The position numbers were made by a program, and so were the translations under genes. The notes below the pieces were generated by a model that worked only from the letters and a program-made list of their open reading frames with translations, ran no database searches and was not told the origin of the DNA. Below, in pieces: positions 1 to 13,438 of a stretch of 64,000 nucleotides of DNA. This DNA is from the human T2T-CHM13v2.0 reference genome, Homo sapiens: assembly GCF_009914755.1 (NCBI RefSeq), contig NC_060934.1. The stretch is one strand, 5' to 3'. Numbering within the stretch: position 1 is the first letter of the stretch; the number at the start of each line of letters is the position of its first letter.

Positions 1-1670
1 CTGTAGTAAAAAAAACTCCATTTTTGTTTATCTGGAAGTGCTTTTTCCCCTCAATCTTGAAATTTATTTTCACTAGGTATAAAATTATAGTTGACAATAA
101 TCTTTCTCTGAGTACATTGACAATATCGTTGTGTTTTAGTTTTCATTTTTGCTGTTGAAAAGTCAGCTATCAGTTTTTTAAAGGTGGTCTGTTTTTGTTC
201 TTTGGCTGGTCTTGTAAAACAATTTTTAACTTCTTAATATGGAAAATTTTAAAGAATATAGAATAGTATAATGACCCCTAATGTACTCTGGTTCTTAAAA
301 CATTTGCTCTTTCCCTTTGATGTATTAAAGTTTTATATGTGTATTTTTTATATATATCTTATGGGGGGGAAATTCATTGGAATTGATTCTTTTAACCTCT
401 TCAGATGTTACTTTTTGCCCCATTTTCACTATACTTTAATACCAGAACTCCATGTGGACCACAATTTTTCAACCTCAGCACTGTTGACATAACTTGTGTT
501 TGTGCAGGGCTGTCCAAAACATTGCAGGATGTTTCGCAACATTCCTGGCCTCTATTCACTGGATGCTAGTAGCACACACTCACCACCCCTGCCAGTTGTG
601 ACAACCAAAAATGTCTCCAGACATTGCCAAATGTCCCCTGGAAGGCAAAGTTGCCCGTGGTTGAGCACCATTAATTTAGACATATGTTAAACTTTTTAAT
701 CTGCATTTCCTGTTTCTTCATGTTTCATTCGTGTATTCCAAACCTTTGTCATCTCTGAACTGCAATTTGGATAATTTCTTCACTACTTCTCTCTTCAGCT
801 TAATTAGTTTATTTTTATAGTTTTTATATTTACAAAGTGTTATAGTTGTATATTTTTATCAGTTTCTTTGTCTCTGCTTATATTCAAGTTTATCTTTAAT
901 TTCTATGAACAATGATTTTATGTTCTGTAGCTAATTTCAGGATCTGAAGTCATAGTTAACTGATTTTTGCTTTTGCTGATTCTTATTTACGGTCCTTTAT
1001 TTCCCTTTGTGCTGAGCAAGACTTGCTCATTTTCCTTGGAACTTTGTGTGTGGCAGTTCTTTATGTGTGAGATGAAGATGGTTTTCTTCAGAGAGGATTT
1101 CATTTAGCTTCTGCTGGATGCCTGGGATCACTACTACTGTAGGACCACTTAAATTGTTGGTTTCAGGGTTTTCAGACTCCCAGATCATATTAGGCTGCAA
1201 ACCTGAGTGAGGGCCAGCTTGTGGGTATCAATTCTCAGGGACTATTTTCCATTTTTCCTCTGTTTTGAGGTTCAAGAGTGGTAACATTTGTTGTAGTCCC
1301 ATTGGTGGTAAGGAGGTAGTGGACTTACATCTAATCCATTCTATTCCGAAAATCCTGCTTGTAGGATCCTGATTTTACTAGTTAAGTTCTCTTATTTGAC
1401 TTTCTCTTCCCAGGTGGGCTTGTATTTTGTCTCTGGTGCCTCATGAGGCTGTGAAACTCTAAGCTTGGTTCTGCAAATGCCCCCAGGGTGAAAGCTGGTC
1501 AATTTTCTGCCTAATTCTTGGGTTCAGACCTTCACTTCACTTTTTTCCTTAGTGTTTCTTATTTCCTTGCCAGCTCATCAATGCACTTCAGGAGGTATTT
1601 ACCATTTTTGCCAGCATTTTTAGTTATTTTCAGTGAGAAAATTGGTCAAGGTACCTAGTTTGTTATTTTG
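1..1670 (-). mobile_element. Ancient L1 (L1M/L1ME-type) fragments, interrupted by MER20
   Basis: Strongly T-rich plus strand with degenerate antisense-L1 phrases (e.g. gctgttgaaaagtcagctatcagt). Boundaries approximate. Confidence 0.5.
460..671 (-). mobile_element. MER20 (hAT-Charlie DNA transposon)
   Basis: ccagttgtgacaaccaaaaatgtctccagacattgccaaatgtcccctgg is the reverse complement of the MER20 core; length about 210 bp. Confidence 0.9.
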
Positions 1671-2724
1671 CTGGCATAAATATTGAGTTACCTTTTTGTT
1701 CTCTTCCCAGTTACAAACAAATTAGTTTATTTGGTGTGCCATTTAAGACTCTATCTGTCTTATCCTCAGTACACAGCTAGCCTGAATTTCTTAGGTCAGT
1801 GTTTTATAGGAGTTGCAGATGGAGAAATAAACTAGAAGCACTATTAGATTGCTGTTTTCACAGACCTTTCCTTCGCCTTTGACTCTCTGGCTGGAACCAA
1901 TTATAGGCCAACGTGTGTGAACATAATATAGTCCCCCAGTTACTGAGGCTTGCACTGGGATAACCCCGCGTAAATCACTGTCTCAGCACAAATCGTTACT
2001 GGGCTGATCAGTTAATGATTTTGAAAATTGAGGAAACAATTGTTAACTTGTTTCTTGGTGATTGCATGCTACTTTTGAATGAGCTTCAACCTGCGATGAA
2101 GAATATAAAAATATGCCACAGAGATAGTTTGCTGTTACTAGCTGGGAATGGCCAGTAACAACAATAATAATAATCATAATAAGGATGATGACAGTGGTGT
2201 TCATGTACTCCGTACCATTCACCATGCTCAGCACTTACTTGGATTAATGGATTCAGATGATCTCATCTAATTAATCTCATAAACAACTGCCCCTGCTATT
2301 TAATTATTGCCAGAATCAAAACTCATTAATAATTTCTTTATAGCTAATAAACCACTTCAGCAATTCACCTCATTCAGTCCTCTTGGCATCAGTTTTGGCA
2401 AGTAGCTCATGTAGGTGGGATCATCAGCCTTGTATTCCATGGGCCTTCCAATGGTGTGCTCCTATGGATAAGGTGGGTATATAGTTCTCTTACTACAAAA
2501 ATGTTCTAAGATAAAATGATCACAATTATGCTCTATGACATGAAACTCATCAATCTCTATATGTCCATAAGAGAAGATCTTTTGGGGTGCACTCTAAGGA
2601 ATTCTTCATTCTGCAATATGTCCACTCAGATGGTCATCTCTGAGTAGAGATGGGGTGACCTCCCCTTGTAGGTTTGGGACCTTGACGTGTATCTTATCTG
2701 TTCTGCTACCTCAGTGATTTTCAA

Positions 2725-4530
2725 ATATTTTTGTGAACCAATTTCAAGCCTACTGAAAAGTTTGGCAAATACATTGTTTTGGTCCTGAAGAGTTGAGAAT
2801 AAGTTGCTGACATGAATACCCCATCACTCCTAGATACCATTTTCGTGCACCTCCTACACATCAGGACATTCTTCCACATTATTACAATATAACCAACAAG
2901 ATCAGAAAGTTGGTGTTGCTAAATTCCTACCATCTAATCTTCAGGCCTCATTCACATTTTGTGAACTCTCCCAATAATGTCTTTTATGTAAAAAGATTCA
3001 GTTCGGGAACACACGTTGCATTTTGTTGTCCTGTCTTTTTAGTGTCTTTTTCCTTAGTCTTTCTGAAACTTTTATGACCATGAAGCTTCTGAAAATTACA
3101 GGTCAGATATCCTGTGGAATGTATCTCAATTTGGGTTTGTTTGACTTTCCTTATGATTAGATTTAGGTGATGCATCTTCAGTGGGAATGTTACAGAATCG
3201 ACAATGAGTTCTTCCTAAGCCTCCCATCAGGTGACACCCAATGTTGACTCCTCCTATTTCTAATGATATTAAATTTAATCACTAGATTAAGGTATCTGTC
3301 AACCTTCTCTACTATAAAGTTACTCTCTTGACTCTTGCTTGTAATTAAAAAGTATTAATTTATGGAGACATTCTCTGAGACTATGTAAACACCCCACTCC
3401 TTATCAAACTTTGAATTTATTCCTGTAGTTATATCAGTATGGGCCCATAGTTTCCTATTTTATTCCCATGTATATATTTCGATATACAAATTTTCCCAGA
3501 TGTGACCAGTGGTTGCCCTTTCATTTGACACATTCCCATTATTCTTTGACTATTTCCTTTCCCATTATTCTTTGACTATTTCCTTACTTTTGACTTGACA
3601 AAATATTCCAGGCTCCTCACATTTCCAGCCTTAGAATCAGCTGTTTCTCGAGGGATCCCTGGTTTCTTTTAATGGAGGATGGTATTTCAAAACCAAAGTC
3701 TGGCCAGTAGGTGTATTCACGGCTGTTGGGACATCGCTGTTCCCAGCCTTCTCATGGACAGAGCAAGGGATTATATGTATGCATAATACACATGCATATT
3801 TACATTTTTATTTATTTCAATATTGTATGTTGAAAAACAAGAGTTTACAGTAATACTTCCAATTCTGATGTAATACCACAAAATTCCTTCTAATTTTCTC
3901 CCTTTGTTTATTTGTAGCTCTATGACAATAAGAAACTTGACTCTTTTTATCCTTAGTATATCAGCTTATTTGACCAGTAACCTGTATGCATCCAGTCTCC
4001 TGTCACTGGTGCCTACTGCACCCCATCCCAAACATGGCCTCCTCTCCAACTGGCCTTATCCTCCTCTCCAACTGCCCCCTTGCCATGGTGCCCTGCTATA
4101 CAAAATTCTTCTACTGGGGTGCCCCTGCTCACCCTATGTAGGCTCTGACTCCCCACGCTGGCTGCACCCTTACACAGAAGCTCTCCTCGCTCTGTTTGGG
4201 CTCTGCTTCCCCACACCAGGGTGCGCCCCCATCCTGCCTACTTGCATGGACGCCTTGCTCAACTGTCTTGAGCATTGACTCTCCATGCTAAGCCACCTCT
4301 GCACGTGGAAGCTCCCCTTGCTCCTCTCAGTTCTGACATTCTGCATTGGGTAGCCTTTCTTCCCCACTTGGTCCTGAATCCATGCACAAAGCTGCCCCCC
4401 TGTGTGGACATCCTCCTTACTCCAGTTGGCATTTGACACCCTGCCCATGTCCTGCACCACCCAGGCTCCCCCCACCACACTGGCGAGCTCATCTTCCTTG
4501 CTCAATTCCCTCTAATGTCTTTTGGACTAA
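2725..4530 (-). mobile_element. Old L1MC-type 3' region, including a degenerate GC-rich tandem block at about 4000-4520
   Basis: Antisense-L1MC-like phrases (ttcagttcgggaacacacgttgcattttgttgtcctgtctttttagt; tcctgtggaatgtatctcaatttgggtttg). Subfamily uncertain. Confidence 0.5.
3533..3584. repeat. Perfect 26-bp tandem duplication (TTCCCATTATTCTTTGACTATTTCCT)x2
   Basis: Read directly: 3533-3558 is identical to 3559-3584. Confidence 0.95.
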
Positions 4531-5934
4531 ATTATTGGTAAAGGGGAAGGACAATTTAACAAATTTATACCACAGAATCTTTTCTTCAAATCAAATCTTA
4601 TATGGATCATTAATATATAAAACAGAGTCACGTGGCATTGTAATATATTATGTAACCATGTTGTTAACTCAAATGTATAATATGCTTTAACAAAGTTAAT
4701 AAATGAAAACAATGAGATTGTTTAAATTTTTTAAACTTTTTATTTTGCAATAATTTTAGATTTGCAAAGCTTGTATAGAGGGAAGCATATTCTTTACTCA
4801 GTTCTTTCAATGTTGACATCTTATATAACTGGTACACTTTCAAAACTGACGTTAATATTATTATAATATAATTAACTAAACTACAGACTTTCTTTAGATT
4901 TTACTAGTATTTCCATTAATATTCTTTTTTGGTTCCAGGATCCAAGAACCACATAGCATTTAGTTACTATGTCTTCCCAGTCAAAGAGGTTGTTTTAATG
5001 GCTCCAAAACTGAAATTGAGAGTTAAGGGGACAGCTGCGTTCTAACATCCACCTTTCCATCTAATTTGTAACTACACTAGGTTTTGTTCATGTGGGTTAA
5101 GAATGTCACAATTCACATAGATAAGAGGGTACACTTGTCAATATTTATTTCTTCCACAGCGTACCTGGCCATCTCAGAAAATTTTCAATTAAATCAGTAT
5201 GGTAAGGGCTTCATTGTCAGGGCTACAAAAGAACACATCAACCCAGATGCATGATTCATCAATTTAGTGGTTTCCAAAATGTTAGAATTTACTATACAGC
5301 ATATTTGGGTGGAGGTGATTTGATTATATTTATGATATGATTTGAAAGATGTATGATATTTAAAAGGTATTGAAGGTAAAATTTAAAATAAACAATTGCA
5401 TAACTCCTGGGGCACCATTGCTCAAGATACCCTAAAACCTGCATTAGTTCAGACTATTAGTGAATAAAGGTCTTGGACCCAATTGCACAGCCCCTTAGAA
5501 TTTCCTTTCCTGAACAGTGTTTTGGAGCGATGCCTTTGGTCTGTTTTGGTAAGAGAATTCCCCTGAGAAGCATGGCTGACTTGGAGTGGGGATGTTGTTG
5601 AGCACATTGATCATTCTTATGTCACCAAGTGTCATTTTTACCAGGTACTCTGCAACAAATACTTTCCCATCATAGTCTCGGGAATAGTCATGCCCCTTCT
5701 AAGAAGCTTTTTCTTGATCTCACGAGTGCTCTCCATCAGTGTAACTGTAATTAGTGTTCCTTTCTTTACTGTTGTCAGCTGCAGCCATGTTTACAGCCCA
5801 GTTGAAAGTGGCCGGGTCTTGCGTGGCCCATGGGCTGGGTCCACCTGCTGTTTCACTTTGTCTCTTGTTTCTCACTCACTTCAAGTTTTTATCTGACTAA
5901 ATTGCATGGAAGCTGTCAATATCCTTTTGGGAAC

Positions 5935-6300
5935 CGATATGGTTTGGCTCGGTGTCCCACACAAATGTCGTCTCGAATTGTAATCTCCATGTGTCAAGGG
6001 AGGGACCTGGTAGAATGTGATTGGATCATGGGGGTGGTTTCCCCCATGCTGCTCTCATGATAGCAAGTGACTTCTCACGAGATCTGATGGTTTAAAAGTG
6101 TGGCACTTCCTCCCTCACTCTCTCTCTCTCCTGCTCTGACATGCGAAGACTGCGCCTGCTTCCCCTTTGCCTTCTGTCGTGATTTTAAGTTTCCTGAGGC
6201 CTCCCAGCCATGTGGAACTGTGAGTCAATTAAATTTTTTTCATCATAAATTACCAGGTCTCAGGAAGTTCTTCATAGCAGTGTGAAAACAGACTAATACA
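5935..6300 (+). mobile_element. THE1D-like MaLR solo LTR
   Basis: Starts (C)GATATGGTTTGGCT and ends GACTAATACA. 5-bp target-site duplication (TSD) GGAAC at 5930-5934 and 6301-6305. Confidence 0.9.
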
Positions 6301-7814
6301 GGAACCAAGCAAGCATTAACTAAATAAATAGGACAATAGACCGACAGATGGAATAGGAAAGTAGCTGAAAGAGAACTCAACAACTCCTGAGTGATTGTTC
6401 CAGGCTGTGCTGGAAGACCTAGGCCCTTTTCTTAGTAGTTGTTCAGTGGTTCACGTTGCTAGCAAAGCCTTATTCTCCGTATTATACCTGACAAATTAAT
6501 AGATTGGCACACTTTTGAAAAGTAGAGTTTGATATGCTTTTCATGGTGTAAACTAATTGTTCCATATTGAACATTTAAAATTTATGAAAAAGTAGAGAGA
6601 AATCGCCCATGGTCCTGCCATCTGGAAAGAATCACTGTTAATGTTGTGCCCTGGAGCCCTGGAGACTTCCAGGACTGACAAACCCAGCAGAGGCTTTGAC
6701 AGTGAGACCTGTGCAGCCTTCTCATTCTGAGAAACGTGGATCTACCTGGGTCCTGCTGGTGCACCTTGCCTCAGGGAAGAGGTACCCAGGAACACTGAGC
6801 AGAGTTCTTGGTACACAGTTAGTGCTCAACAAAAATTAGATATTCATTCTTGTTTTCACCATTTAAAATGAAACCAGTGGCTATTCTAGGATAATCCCTA
6901 GGGGGTGAGTTGTTACATACTTGAACCAAGCTGTCCTGTGGCCAGAGAGGGGCAATTCCCACATCACAGGCAGTCCTACCCTGGAATCTGGGCAATGGGC
7001 CATCTCAGCTTCTCTCTCTCTCTTTGGAAACATGTTTCCCTGGAGCTATTTACAGATTACTGCATCTTTATTTTTGTTTCCACATTGGCCCTACCTTGTC
7101 TTCAAGTCACTTATCAGTGTTTGCCTCCTGCCTGAGTAAAGACGGATAAAAACTTAAGAAAGTAAGGCTAAATGACACTAGTGTTGCTAAAAATAAGGGT
7201 GATAACCCTATGTGTGAAGAACACAGACAGTAGCATTTGCCACTGTGGCTTGGCTCTTACACTGATCTTGGCAAACCAGGACAAGCCTTCGGATGGGGCA
7301 CTAATGGGGCAGAGGCACTGTGGTTCCGGTTGTGAGGTCTGAGACTGGTTAGTGAGGAGCTTGACAGAAAATTCTTGGAAGACTCGTGCTTCACATTGAC
7401 AATTGCAATGGTTAAGGGAAAGAAATCTTTCCCACATAACCTATTCAGTGTAATAAGGTGTTTGATGGGTAATAGGAAATGCCTTATCCAGTTTCTGACA
7501 TATTTTGTATCCCTTCCCTCTTACTTGGCCACCTTGGGTGGGAGTTCTGCTTCTTGGACCCTTTTCGCCTATTTTTGTATTTAGACAAACTGCCTCTCCT
7601 TGCAGGAGGGGTGACCCCAAGCTGGGGCTGGCTTTGAAAAGTGTTTGCAAGGCTCAGCTGCGTAGTTGTGAATTAGCATAACTGGCAGGTCCCATCTGTC
7701 TGGGTTATAGTGTATAACGGAAGCTGCCCTGTCTTTTGTTGTTTAATTCTTAAGATAGAAGCTGGTCTTATCAATATCATCACAGGTGGAGAGAAAAGAA
7801 CACAAGCTTTGGAA

Positions 7815-7962
7815 TCTCACTTACCCACATGCGATACGTTTATTAGTCTCATCTTTAAAACAGAGGAAATAACGGTGTCTTCCTCCTGGGCTTTCCCGAG
7901 GAGTAAATGAGATGATATTTAAAGTGCTTTGGCATGTGTGAGTGCTCAGTGAGGGTAGCTGC
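7815..7962 (+). mobile_element. MIR SINE fragment
   Basis: ctcatctttaaaacagagg...gaggagtaaatgagatgatatttaaagtgcttt resembles the MIR core and 3' end. Confidence 0.6.
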
Positions 7963-8744
7963 TGTGTCGATGGTGCAGCCTTCTCTGCTGCAACTCAGTA
8001 AGCCTTCTCTGCCAGGTGGGCACAGCATCCGCCCTAGGAGTGCAGACCTCCTAGGGCTAGTGATAGATGTTTACCGTCCCTGGCACGGTACCCAGAACAG
8101 AACAGGCACTTGGGTCCTTCTCAGCCTCACTCAGAAACTGGCTGGCTGTGTTCCTTCTAGAATAAATTCCCTGGCCACAGATGACTCCAAAATAAATATC
8201 AAATCTTCCATCCCCAAACTCTGGACTTGTCTCTTGACTTCCAGATGAACTGTCTCACCAAGCCCTGTGCCAGCAGGTTAAACAACCCGGGCCCAACTTC
8301 CAACTCAGTCTCATGGCTCCCACCTGTCCCATCCTGGAAGCATTTCTGAGCCTGCACTTCTACCTTCTGCCCCTTTCTTGCGTGCCTCAAGCCAGGGGTT
8401 TTCAGACATTTTGTCACATGATAGCATTCTCCAACAGCAGATATAAAATGTGAATGGGGGTGTCAAGGGGACAGCAAAAGGATAAGGAACTCTACTTAAA
8501 CCTCCACCTCAGCATCCAGCCTTGGACACACCCCAAAACCTCCAAGGCTCTGGGGAGCAGTTCGCAAACCACTGCCCTGGACAACTGAAACTGCTACCCA
8601 GGGGGCTCACCTGCGTCCACCCCAGTCCCTGCTTCACAGCGCTGTCCCAGGAGACATTCCTAAGCCCTCTGGTTGTGTTTCTCCCCTATCTAAACATGTT
8701 CGGTTGCTGCCTACTGCCTGCCTAATAGAGCCCACTTCTTAGCT

Positions 8745-8905
8745 TGACACTTGCTGGCTGTGTGACCTTGGGCAAGTTATGTAATCTCTCTGTGACTCAG
8801 TTTCCAGATTTGAAGAATGGGGTTGTGTTGAGGTCAAATCTGATTGTACATATAAAATACTCAGCTCTGTGTGTGGCACATTATAAGCAAATGCTCAGGA
8901 AATCT
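8745..8905 (+). mobile_element. MIR SINE fragment
   Basis: ctgtgtgaccttgggcaagttatgtaatctctctgtgactcagtttcc matches the MIR core. Confidence 0.8.
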
Positions 8906-9079
8906 TAGATGATGATATATTTGTTATTTATATACATATCCCTTTCTTACTTGATTGTAAACAATGTAGAAAATTTATGATCTTGTGCTTAATATGGGGC
9001 TTGGTACATTAGTGTTTGCGGTGAGGATTTTGACTCCTATATAGTTTTGAAGAATTGTGGTTTAGGCTTTCTAGATTAT

Positions 9080-9250
9080 TACTTCTCAAAGTGTGTGCCA
9101 GAGACCACCTGTATCAGAATTGTCCTGCGTGTATGCAGACACCTAGGCCCTATTCCAGACTCACTGAACCAACATTTCTGGGGGCAGTGCCCAGGAATCT
9201 TCATTGTGACATAATCCTTTAGGGACCGCGATGTGTTCTGCAACGAACTC
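9080..9250. mobile_element. MER5-like hAT DNA transposon
   Basis: cttctcaaagtgtg...atcagaat...tgcagacacctaggccctattccagactcactgaacc is the MER5A/B pattern. Confidence 0.6.
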
Positions 9251-10561
9251 TCAAAGTAGGTGGTAAATCCTTGAGGACTCTGTGTCTCTCCCAGGCTCAC
9301 AGGAGCTCTCTCAGTCTTGAGATGCTAATTCTTTGGTACCATTCCCATCAATCCATCTGCATCAACATTTAATTTTATTTCAAAATCCTTCTCCTGCCCC
9401 ATACTGTTATACAATCAGCCCCATGCCAGAAAAATGGACTTCAACCCAAAAGAATTCTTGCAGATATTTCTCCTCCAGCTCCAGTCAAAATGTCATTTTT
9501 GAGGGATCAGGCCTTTTTGAGTGCCCAGGTCTCACTGTGTAACAGTTCACTAATAACAACAAAAGGCTCTTCATTTTTCATTCATTTGCTTTCATAGTGA
9601 AGCCTTATTTTGGTGCCATGGCAGCAACTAATTAATTATTTGCGGTTCTTTTGTATTTTACCAACACTGGGCCAAATTTACATCGTGGAACAAGCCATCC
9701 ATACAGTATGTGTCATAATTACTGTTTTGTAATTTCACACCAGCAAAAATTTATTAAAACTTCACGACTCATTAATAGTAAGTGATCTTAATCGCTTAAT
9801 AGAAAAGGAAACTGTGTTAATGACAGTGGCTTTGATTAACGTATTTGACCTTAAGTCATGAAGTTGAGTGAAATTAATATCGCTGAATGTTGAACATAAG
9901 GTTATTTACAGTGCACATCATTTCCATCATCATAAAAGGCAAATAAACTGGTTTTGAATTTGACTAGATTTGAAAGCCTTTTAACTCTTCATAGCAAATT
10001 AAGGGAATGTTAATGAACTCCTATACAATGACAATTAAGTGACAGGATTGAGTAGATGCAGAAATGGCTCTTCTCTACCAAATGCTGAAACAATGTCATT
10101 TAACTGGGTAAACATGCTGAGGCGTTATGAATTACTAAAGCCCTGTCTTGCAAGAATTTAGTAGATGGTAGCAGGCACTTGGCAATCTTTTGGAGACTTC
10201 AGTCTCTCCTAACAAAATCAATGAACGAGGGCATATGAGGCACTGTAACTCAGGAGAATCTTATTGTGTATTAGAAGAACCAGCTGTCTTTTGGGATGTC
10301 ATAGGTTCTGTCGTACGTCCCAGAGGCAGAACAGATGGAATGACCTCCCTAGAGTGAGAGGCTCCCTCCATTCCCTCAAAAGTCTGAATTCTTCAAGGTC
10401 TGAACAGAGGGAAGAGAGAAAAGTAAATAAACTTCCATGAGGGCAGGAATCATATTTCCCTGTTTCCCAAAGATAGCGTCCATCACATGATAGGCCTCCA
10501 GTGAACTTTCTAATAGAGGAAGGAATGAGCCTGAGGGAAACCCAGTTCATCTATTCTTTCA

Positions 10562-10860
<299 letters not shown>

Positions 10861-11155
10861 TCAGACTCCTACTAAATGACCTAAATGCCCTCCTGGGTCC
10901 CAGCATCACCTTCAGTTTTACTGTTAGCGTCACCATCAGTTTTTGTTGTCATCTTCTTTACAACAGCAGCTGTTACCAACACAGTAACTTCACAGCAACT
11001 CCCTGAGGCAGGTTGTATTATTTACTCCATTGGACAAAACGGGGGAAACTGAGGCTCAGAGAAGTCAAGCCACTTCATCTCCAGAGTCTGTATATTCAGA
11101 GTCTGTGTATTGGGAACACACAGAGAAGTCTGTCCTCTCTTTCCGGGGGTGTCTC

Positions 11156-11717
11156 TGAGGCAGGGGAATAGGGTCTGGAGGGCAGGGAACCTAAGGCCTA
11201 TTCATACTGACTTCCTAGAACCAAATTAAAAGGAAAACTCCAACTTTCCACACCCAAGTAACAAAAGGACCAGAGGCTACTCCCTTTGCAACCCCCCTCT
11301 TTTTCTGCAGGGCAGATGAAAAATTGAAAGTACCTCTGATTGGTTCCCTCCTGCAACCAGTGAGGTTGGTTGCAGGCCGAGTCTTCATTTGCATAGGAGT
11401 GTCTTTGTAACTTCACTTTAGCCTCTGATTGGTCGCTTTTCCCAACCAACCAGACTGATTGCATGCCACGACTTCACTTACATAGAGTTCACACCAAGAA
11501 ACCAATAGGAAACCACCAGAGAGTATTTAAACCCTGGAAAATTCTGTAACTGGGTGCTTGAGCTGCTTGCTCAGGCCTGTTCTCACCCTGTGGAGTGTGT
11601 TTTCATTTTCAATAAATCTCTGCTTTTGTTGCTTCATTCTTTCTTTGCTTCGTTTGTGTGTTTTGTCCAATTCTTTGTTCAAAGTGCCGAAAACCTGGAC
11701 ACCCTCCACTAGTAACA
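11156..11717 (+). mobile_element. MER51A/B-like ERV1 solo LTR
   Basis: TGAGGCAGGGGAATAGGGTCTGGAG...CTCCACTAGTAACA with TG...CA termini, repeated CTGATTGG boxes, TATA-like TATTTAAA at about 11524 and AATAAA at 11611. Flanks TCTC/TTTC form an imperfect 4-bp TSD. Confidence 0.8.
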
Positions 11718-13327
11718 TTTCCAGCCTTGCTGGGGCGGGGAGGCTCATGTTCACAGAACCACCAGGTCACATGGGAGCATAGGAGTGAGCCCATGAGAGT
11801 TGGGCTCCCCAAAGATGGAAAACTCGTTGTCAACTGGAGTGACTTGGAAGGCTTCCCAGAGAGGAGCTGAGGGATGGGTCGGTGAGCGGGGGAGATGGAG
11901 GGATGGGGGCGGTGGAGAAAGTGGTGAGGAGATCTGCTTATTTGGGTGCAAGGAGAAAGTGGGAGTGAAAGTAGAGAGGTAGCTTGGAGTCAGAACCTGG
12001 GAAGCCTTGAGAGCCTGGTGACAGTGGACTTTGAGAAAATCAGTGTGGAGAGGAAAGGACAGATGCGGTCGCAGGGGAGAGCCCACAGGTGGAGGTGCAG
12101 GGACAGAAGGGAGGGCGGAGGCTTGCTGGCTAATGGGATACAGGCAGGGAGGGAGAGGAACAAGTCAACCTGAATTATGGAACCTGAAGCTGGTGACTGG
12201 GGAGGTCATAGGCATCCTGAACTTAACAAGGCCACCGTGGGATCCTCTCCACCCTCCTGGGATCTGCTGCTCCCTCGGTGTAGCCTTCCCCTGCAAAGGA
12301 GCACTTGACTGCTGGAGTCCTGCCTGGGAGTGACTGTTGTTCACTTTTCACCTTCTGGCAGTGGAGCTGAATATGAGACTTACAGGCTGAGTCTGGAGTC
12401 AGACTTTTAAAACGTCGTCCATGAAATGACCACTTAAGGAAGTTCTGTTTCACTCTCGGTAAATCCCAAATTAAGAAGAAATCCAAGCACATGCATTGGT
12501 TATTCACCATCCTAAAGGATGACCAATGTAACACCTCATGTTTCCTTAAAGATCTTTTCCTTTCGTGGCTTTGAAAATGATGCGATTTGCAGGAAACCTC
12601 TTCAGGCTGTCGCAGGATGACACAGAGGTTACAAAGCAGACCCTTGAATCAGGCTGCCTGGATTCAGACTCCACGGTCCTCTCTGATTTGTGGGACTTTG
12701 CCAAGTTACTTAACCTCTATTTCCTATTGGCAAAAGAGAGACTGCAGCTCCTGCCTCGTAGGCTCCCCTGAAGACCCAATGTAATCATCATGCTTAGAAG
12801 AGGAACCACCGATGAAAGGAGAGGGCCCTCTGGAAACAAGTCTTTCACTCCAGATGTGAAGAGAGAGAGACCAAGCAGAGACCCAAACAGAAAAGGACTG
12901 TATGGTGGGGAGGTGCGCTGGAGGAGGGCAGGAGCCTGTGAACAGATCTGGAGGTGCCAGTGTCTGAGAAACCTGGGCTTTGTTGGCTTGGTGCTAGTTC
13001 TGGGGGTGAAGTGCAAATGGATGCAGGGGCTCCCTGCTCGCACAGGTCATTGGCTCCACTGGGGCCAGTACTGGCAGCCCACCTCATTGCCCTGGCCCCC
13101 ACACCTGGGTTTGCAACCTTGAGTCATTTAAGTGTCCGGTGAGGAAGATACCACCCCCGCCCCCGCTCTCTTTGGTGATCCACCAGGGCTGAGGCCCCTG
13201 AGCAAGTGAACACCACACAGTGAGATCTCTGGCAACCCCAGGCTAGGCACATGAAGTTGGCTATTTTCTGAATGATAGCAGGGGTTATTCAAAGAACTCT
13301 TAATACCACATAAAAACTGCCTTGAAA

Positions 13328-13438
13328 CGTGAACCCGGGAGGCGGAACTTGCAGTGAGCTGAGATCGCGTCACTGCACTCCAGCCTGGGCAACAGAGCAA
13401 GACTCCGTCTCAAAAAAAACAAAACAAACAAACAAACA
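13328..13438 (+). mobile_element. Severely 5'-truncated AluY (3' about 85 nt plus A/AAAC tail)
   Basis: CGTGAACCCGGGAGGCGGAACTTGCAGTGAG... flanked by a 16-bp TSD AAAAAC(T/C)GCCTTGAAA at 13312-13327 and 13439-13454. Confidence 0.92.
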
